From the NCBI GenBank assembly GCA_044892505.1, contig CM097884.1, positions 47,864,001-47,928,000 of the forward strand: 64,000 nucleotides of DNA. The letters run 5' to 3'. A model generated the notes under the pieces. The model was not told the DNA's origin. It did no database searches and saw only the letters and a list, made by a program, of their open reading frames with translations. Positions 59,688-64,000 of this stretch are shown one piece after another. The position numbers and the translations under genes are program-made. Position 1 is the stretch's first letter. Each line of letters begins with the position of its first letter. Source of the stretch: Schmidtea nova. Lineage: Eukaryota.

Positions 59688-60115
59688 TTGATCGGCATAA
59701 CGGAGATATAATAAATTTCTGTTTACACTTTCTGTTAACAAAGCTTGTTCGTTTTTCCATTGTGCATAGGCTTGATTCAACATCCTGCTTAATAATTCAC
59801 ATTGCGTTTTCCATGATAACTCTTGTGTCATTGTCTGCTGATAAACCATCGGAGCTGATATTGATTGAGTCTGGCTATTTGTTTGTTGTTGATTTAATAC
59901 GAATGTCGTTGAATTGGGTTCATGGTTTCATCAAATAGTGGAATTTCGACTTGGTATATCAGGTTTCTATCGTCAATTGTTGGATTTTGCGTTTCATTTT
60001 CGATTACTGGGGTTTGTAGTGACCCTTCTCTTTCTCGTATATTGGTATCTCCTGGAAACGTTGGAACAGATGTTTGATAACTTTGACTCTCGTTGTTCGG
60101 ATTCATTTCTGTCAA
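59688..60115 (-). CDS. Small ORF 59894-60115 with a probable frameshifted continuation to 59688
   Basis: A second frame (PNSTTFVLNQQQ...YLRYADQ*) stays open from ~59920 to 59688. Confidence 0.45.
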
Positions 60116-60256
60116 TAATTACACAATATTATCATTTGTTTTTCCCAGTTTTGAGGTATTCATTTTTTGGATTTTTAAATTTTTATTATACAAATATATT
60201 CTACTTTTATAATACAATATAATTTTATACACTATATACACTGTTCCTTCCACTGG

Positions 60257-63200
60257 TTACTCTAACAACTTGCGTTTCGACGACACTCTGATGTTCTCAT
60301 CTGGCTCGTCGGTTAATATGACTTTTATGTCTTCTTGGGTGACTTTTGAACCATTATGTGTTACTATCTGACATACGAGTGTTCTAAACATTTCTTGTGA
60401 TACTTTCTTTTTGTAAACACAGATTTTATATTTTGTTTCTCGTTTTAATCCATTTATTCGGATTTCTCCTCCTTCTGCTCGTTGACATTTGACTGGATTA
60501 TCTCCTTTAATTTGCAATTTGACGCTACTCCAACATGCTTCTTCATTATCTGCTCCTTGTATTAATACTTGTACTGGTTTTCTCTTGTCATCCGCTTCCG
60601 TTCCTTTCAATGCTGACAGCATCAATATCAGTAATATTATGTCTTTTATTCGAGTTTTATGTAGACATGCTGTTCGTTTTTCATAATTTGAAGTTTCTTG
60701 CTTGGGTTCATCACTTTTGTTCCCAATTTCCTCGTTATTGCTTTTTCCATCATCTTTCTCGTCTTTGTCATTGTTTCTGTTGATACTTTCATTGTCATCT
60801 TTCTTTGTTTTGTTGTTGTTATTCTCTTCATCTTCATCGTCAGGCTCATTGTGATCATTAGCACCACCCTCGGTTCTGATTAAAATGTCGTCCTCGACAT
60901 TTATTAATTTTATTATTTCCTCATATCTTTTAGCTATTTCATCTGCTTCGGCTTTTATATTTGCTCTCTTGGTTATTTCATCTTTGGCGTTGTTCCAGCT
61001 TCGGTGAATTCTGCTTTCTTTTATATTTTCTTTCCATATGATGACTTGCTGATATAATTCATGTCTTTTAGATCCAATTCTTTCTTTTTCTTTTTTGTTG
61101 TTCGTAAACCTGAAATCAGGTCTTTGCAGCAATGCTTTAATCGTTTTACACATTTTCCATTTTCTTTTCATGGCTCTTTTCATTATCATATTTTCACCGT
61201 CTTCAAATCTGTCATTGACATTTATCACTCCTTCGTGCGTAACTGGATGTAACCATTTAATCATTTTTGCTGTTGTTTCGTCGGCATCTTTGTTCACTGC
61301 ATTTACTAATGGATTTGGATCTGAACTGAGCACTTCAATATCTTCTTCTGTAGCATTTGACATAATATATTTGACTATTTGATGGTTATTTGCTTGCACT
61401 GCATAAGATAACACCGTTTCATTTTTATCATCTCTTTCTTTAAAACTTGATCCGGTTCTCATCAGTTCTGCTATGAGTTTCTTGGATCCTCCTTTTTCAA
61501 TTGCTATCATCAAGGGTGTTTGATCTTTCCAGTTTTTTGTGTTGGTATGTTGCTTGCACTTTTCCATGAGTTTTATGATTTCAAATATTCTCTGTTCATT
61601 CCCACTTTTTATTGCGTGATATAATGGTATCTCATCTTTAAAACTGGCAATTGTAAAAAGTATTGGTAATCTTTCTTTTATGGTATTCATCGCTTCTGTC
61701 GTTTCATTTCCTTTGGCATATTCCTCAACCATTAAGCTTACTCCTCCCAATATTTCAAATAGATTTTTACTTTTTGACCATTCTGGCATAATTTCTTTGG
61801 TAATCTCAATGATCAATTCCATCTTTTTGCGGTGCTCCATTTTTACATCGTCAACTATCTTAGGTTGTTCAGATATTGTTGTTGGCTGATTTACTTTTCT
61901 GCTCACAGTTAATATACGGTGTAGCCAATCGTCATTTTTATTCTCTCGAAACATACATACTTGTCCTTTTCTGGTCATTTCTTGATTTGATTGTTCTGTC
62001 GCTGTTTCTCTTGTGCAATCCTCTTCAATTTGGTGTTTCAACTTCATCGTATTCAAATCAATTACAGATCCTTTTAACAGTTTTGGTATCAAGTCTGTTC
62101 CAATAATACATGATGCACCCAGTTGTTTTATTACTGTCAAATAAGTTGATATTTTTACTTTTCTGTATTCGATGTCTGTCCATATCTTTCCAACGATATT
62201 GACAGATTCTTTGCTGCATGTTATTACGTCTACTGATGTTTTCTCGATGCATAACCGTAACATTTCTGGTATCATATCGATATCTATTGCTGATATATTT
62301 GCGCCAGTATCAATCATCGCGTCTACTTTTACGCCATTAACTTCGATGTTAATTGTAAGTATTGGTCCAGCTGGAGTTTTCATCATTGCAATTATCGTTG
62401 TTTCGGGATTATCTTCACCTCTTGCTTTTCTGGTCAACTCGCTTCCTGAAATTTTATCAACAGTTAATTTATTACTTGTTTCGATTTGTATCGGGGTTAT
62501 TCCGATTTCTATATCATCATTCAGTGATTCTCCATCATATTTCAAGTGAAATGGTAAGTTAAATGGTAATCTCTCTTTTATCTCTTTGATCTTTGTTGTT
62601 AATGGTACATTCATCTTTATTTCTTCTAAACTCGGAAACTGAATTTTCAATCTGCACATCTGTGGATCATCGCTTGTTTGTTCCAGTTGTTTCCATTTTC
62701 TTATGATGTCATTAAATTGTGTTGAATACCAAGGGCATAAACGTCTGCATTTCTCGATTTCTCTCACTATCAATCTCATGTTTGATATATTTGCACTATT
62801 TTTTATAACCCATTTTAGTAATTCAGTTGTTGTTTCACATTGATTTCCTGCACTCTTGCTTAGGTTACTGATTAATCGTTCGGTCTTTGACGTTTCTGTT
62901 TGTCTTGATCTTTCGAGCTTCGCTGATTTCCTTTTTTCTTCCGACTTTTGATTCATTTTCGTCATTTCTTCTATGGTAATTGTTAACAATCTTTGTGCCA
63001 CTTCTTCTAATTTGATTGTCGTAGATTCATCCCATTTTTCGTCCATGTTACATATGTCATCATCGCTTCTTCTTTCTCTTCTTTTTCGGTTATATTTCTC
63101 CACAAACTTCTTCTTTTCTTCTCCCTCCATATCTTTTACTGAAAATTCATATATATTTCCCTTTCTTTCCATTTCAACGTCTGATAATTCGGTTATCATT

Positions 63201-63319
63201 TCATTTACTTTTTCTTCGATATTCTGTTGTAGTTGCATATTCATTGTTACTACTTCTTTTTCTTCTTCCTGTAAATTATCTTCCGAGTTTGCACTGATAA
63301 ATTTCTGATTCTCCTCCAT
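60257..63319 (-). CDS. 1020-aa multidomain protein: coiled coil, ubiquitin-like, retropepsin-like aspartic protease, ankyrin repeats, acidic linker, hydrophobic segment, FN3-like
   Basis: Protease VNGVKVDAMIDTGANISAI...IIGTDL; ankyrin WKDQTPLMIAIEKG and KNETVLSYAVQANNHQIVKYI; hydrophobic IILLILMLSAL; INGLKRETKYKICV. The UBL and FN3 calls are tentative. Confidence 0.85.
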   Translation of the reverse strand: MEENQKFISANSEDNLQEEEKEVVTMNMQLQQNIEEKVNEMITELSDVEMERKGNIYEFSVKDMEGEEKKKFVEKYNRKRRERRSDDDICNMDEKWDESTTIKLEEVAQRLLTITIEEMTKMNQKSEEKRKSAKLERSRQTETSKTERLISNLSKSAGNQCETTTELLKWVIKNSANISNMRLIVREIEKCRRLCPWYSTQFNDIIRKWKQLEQTSDDPQMCRLKIQFPSLEEIKMNVPLTTKIKEIKERLPFNLPFHLKYDGESLNDDIEIGITPIQIETSNKLTVDKISGSELTRKARGEDNPETTIIAMMKTPAGPILTINIEVNGVKVDAMIDTGANISAIDIDMIPEMLRLCIEKTSVDVITCSKESVNIVGKIWTDIEYRKVKISTYLTVIKQLGASCIIGTDLIPKLLKGSVIDLNTMKLKHQIEEDCTRETATEQSNQEMTRKGQVCMFRENKNDDWLHRILTVSRKVNQPTTISEQPKIVDDVKMEHRKKMELIIEITKEIMPEWSKSKNLFEILGGVSLMVEEYAKGNETTEAMNTIKERLPILFTIASFKDEIPLYHAIKSGNEQRIFEIIKLMEKCKQHTNTKNWKDQTPLMIAIEKGGSKKLIAELMRTGSSFKERDDKNETVLSYAVQANNHQIVKYIMSNATEEDIEVLSSDPNPLVNAVNKDADETTAKMIKWLHPVTHEGVINVNDRFEDGENMIMKRAMKRKWKMCKTIKALLQRPDFRFTNNKKEKERIGSKRHELYQQVIIWKENIKESRIHRSWNNAKDEITKRANIKAEADEIAKRYEEIIKLINVEDDILIRTEGGANDHNEPDDEDEENNNNKTKKDDNESINRNNDKDEKDDGKSNNEEIGNKSDEPKQETSNYEKRTACLHKTRIKDIILLILMLSALKGTEADDKRKPVQVLIQGADNEEACWSSVKLQIKGDNPVKCQRAEGGEIRINGLKRETKYKICVYKKKVSQEMFRTLVCQIVTHNGSKVTQEDIKVILTDEPDENIRVSSKRKLLE

Positions 63320-64000
63320 TTCTTTCTGAAAATCGGCTACAAACTTTCAAATGTTATGGGTTTTACTTCTTTATTTATCAGCTTTATTTCTTTGTAATTT
63401 CCTTTCGTCGTTTTTTAATAGATTTGACTCTTTATCTTTCGACTTTACGAACTTGGTTGGTTTGGTAGTATTATCAATTTGCGTTTAATATCGATTGCTG
63501 ATCTCTCGTTTATCTTCAATTGGATCTTCTTTGATTTATTTTCTTTTACTTCTTTCCTTTTCAATTAGACTTCTTTTTCTTCTTTTCTTCTATATATACC
63601 TCTTCAATAACTGATTGATTTGACTATCTCTTGGCTTGGCTTTGATCTGTTGGACAATCTAAATAAAAATATCGCTTCTTCATCGACGCCATTTACCCCC
63701 CTTTTATTCTGAGCTCAGATTTTAAATTATCTATATCTCGTAATAATTATCTATATGGTCGTATCAATTATCTATACCCTGATAATAATAATAATAATAA
63801 TAACAATAACAATAACTATACTAATACTATAATAACAGTAGGATCCTGTCGACTCGTTTTCATATTCATCTCGGCATTCGAGGTTAAAAAAAAATATCTT
63901 GTTCGTTATCTATTCATGGCCATTATTTTATTTCCTAAGTATTTCTCAATGTCTTTTATCTGCTCTTTTTAACGGTTTGTATTACTACACCTTAAGTATT

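Noticed and set aside
55290-63308. Plus-strand hydrophobic ORFs (e.g. 57864-58316, 58288-58605, 62973-63308)
   Set aside because: Antisense shadows of the K/E-rich minus-strand genes.
1-64000. rRNA or tRNA genes
   Set aside because: No conserved rRNA segments or cloverleaf structures recognised.

Overview
Very AT-rich eukaryotic scaffold with three N gaps. Short (43-49 nt) GT-AG introns and animal-type transposons suggest a compact-genome invertebrate, but the species cannot be determined from the sequence. The window is almost entirely nested mobile DNA around one probable host gene, an ARM-TIR-SAM protein at 41241-43031 (-). Recognisable elements: a truncated Ty3/Gypsy gag-pro-RT, two decayed Polinton/Maverick elements, a mariner, a Tc1 and its deletion derivative, a hAT with a nested hAT MITE, and a foldback MITE. 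Both Polinton integrases have an intron at the same codon (canonical GT-AG in copy 1, donor mutated in copy 2), and the second Polinton sits next to a TBP-fold pseudogene. The most unusual system is a family of five TG...CA-bounded units: four of 3.5-4.1 kb plus one of 1.3 kb. Four have matching or near-matching 4-bp target-site duplications, like giant solo LTRs. All five share a covarying ~70-90 nt hairpin motif about 145-165 nt from one terminus. The fifth copy has no TSD and abuts an intronless same-strand cassette of at least 9 kb. The cassette encodes a putative ubiquitin-like/retropepsin/ankyrin/hydrophobic/FN3-like polyprotein, two coiled-coil proteins and two signal peptide-coiled coil-TM proteins, with no RT or integrase inside the window. 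All calls come from manual reading; no database search was run.
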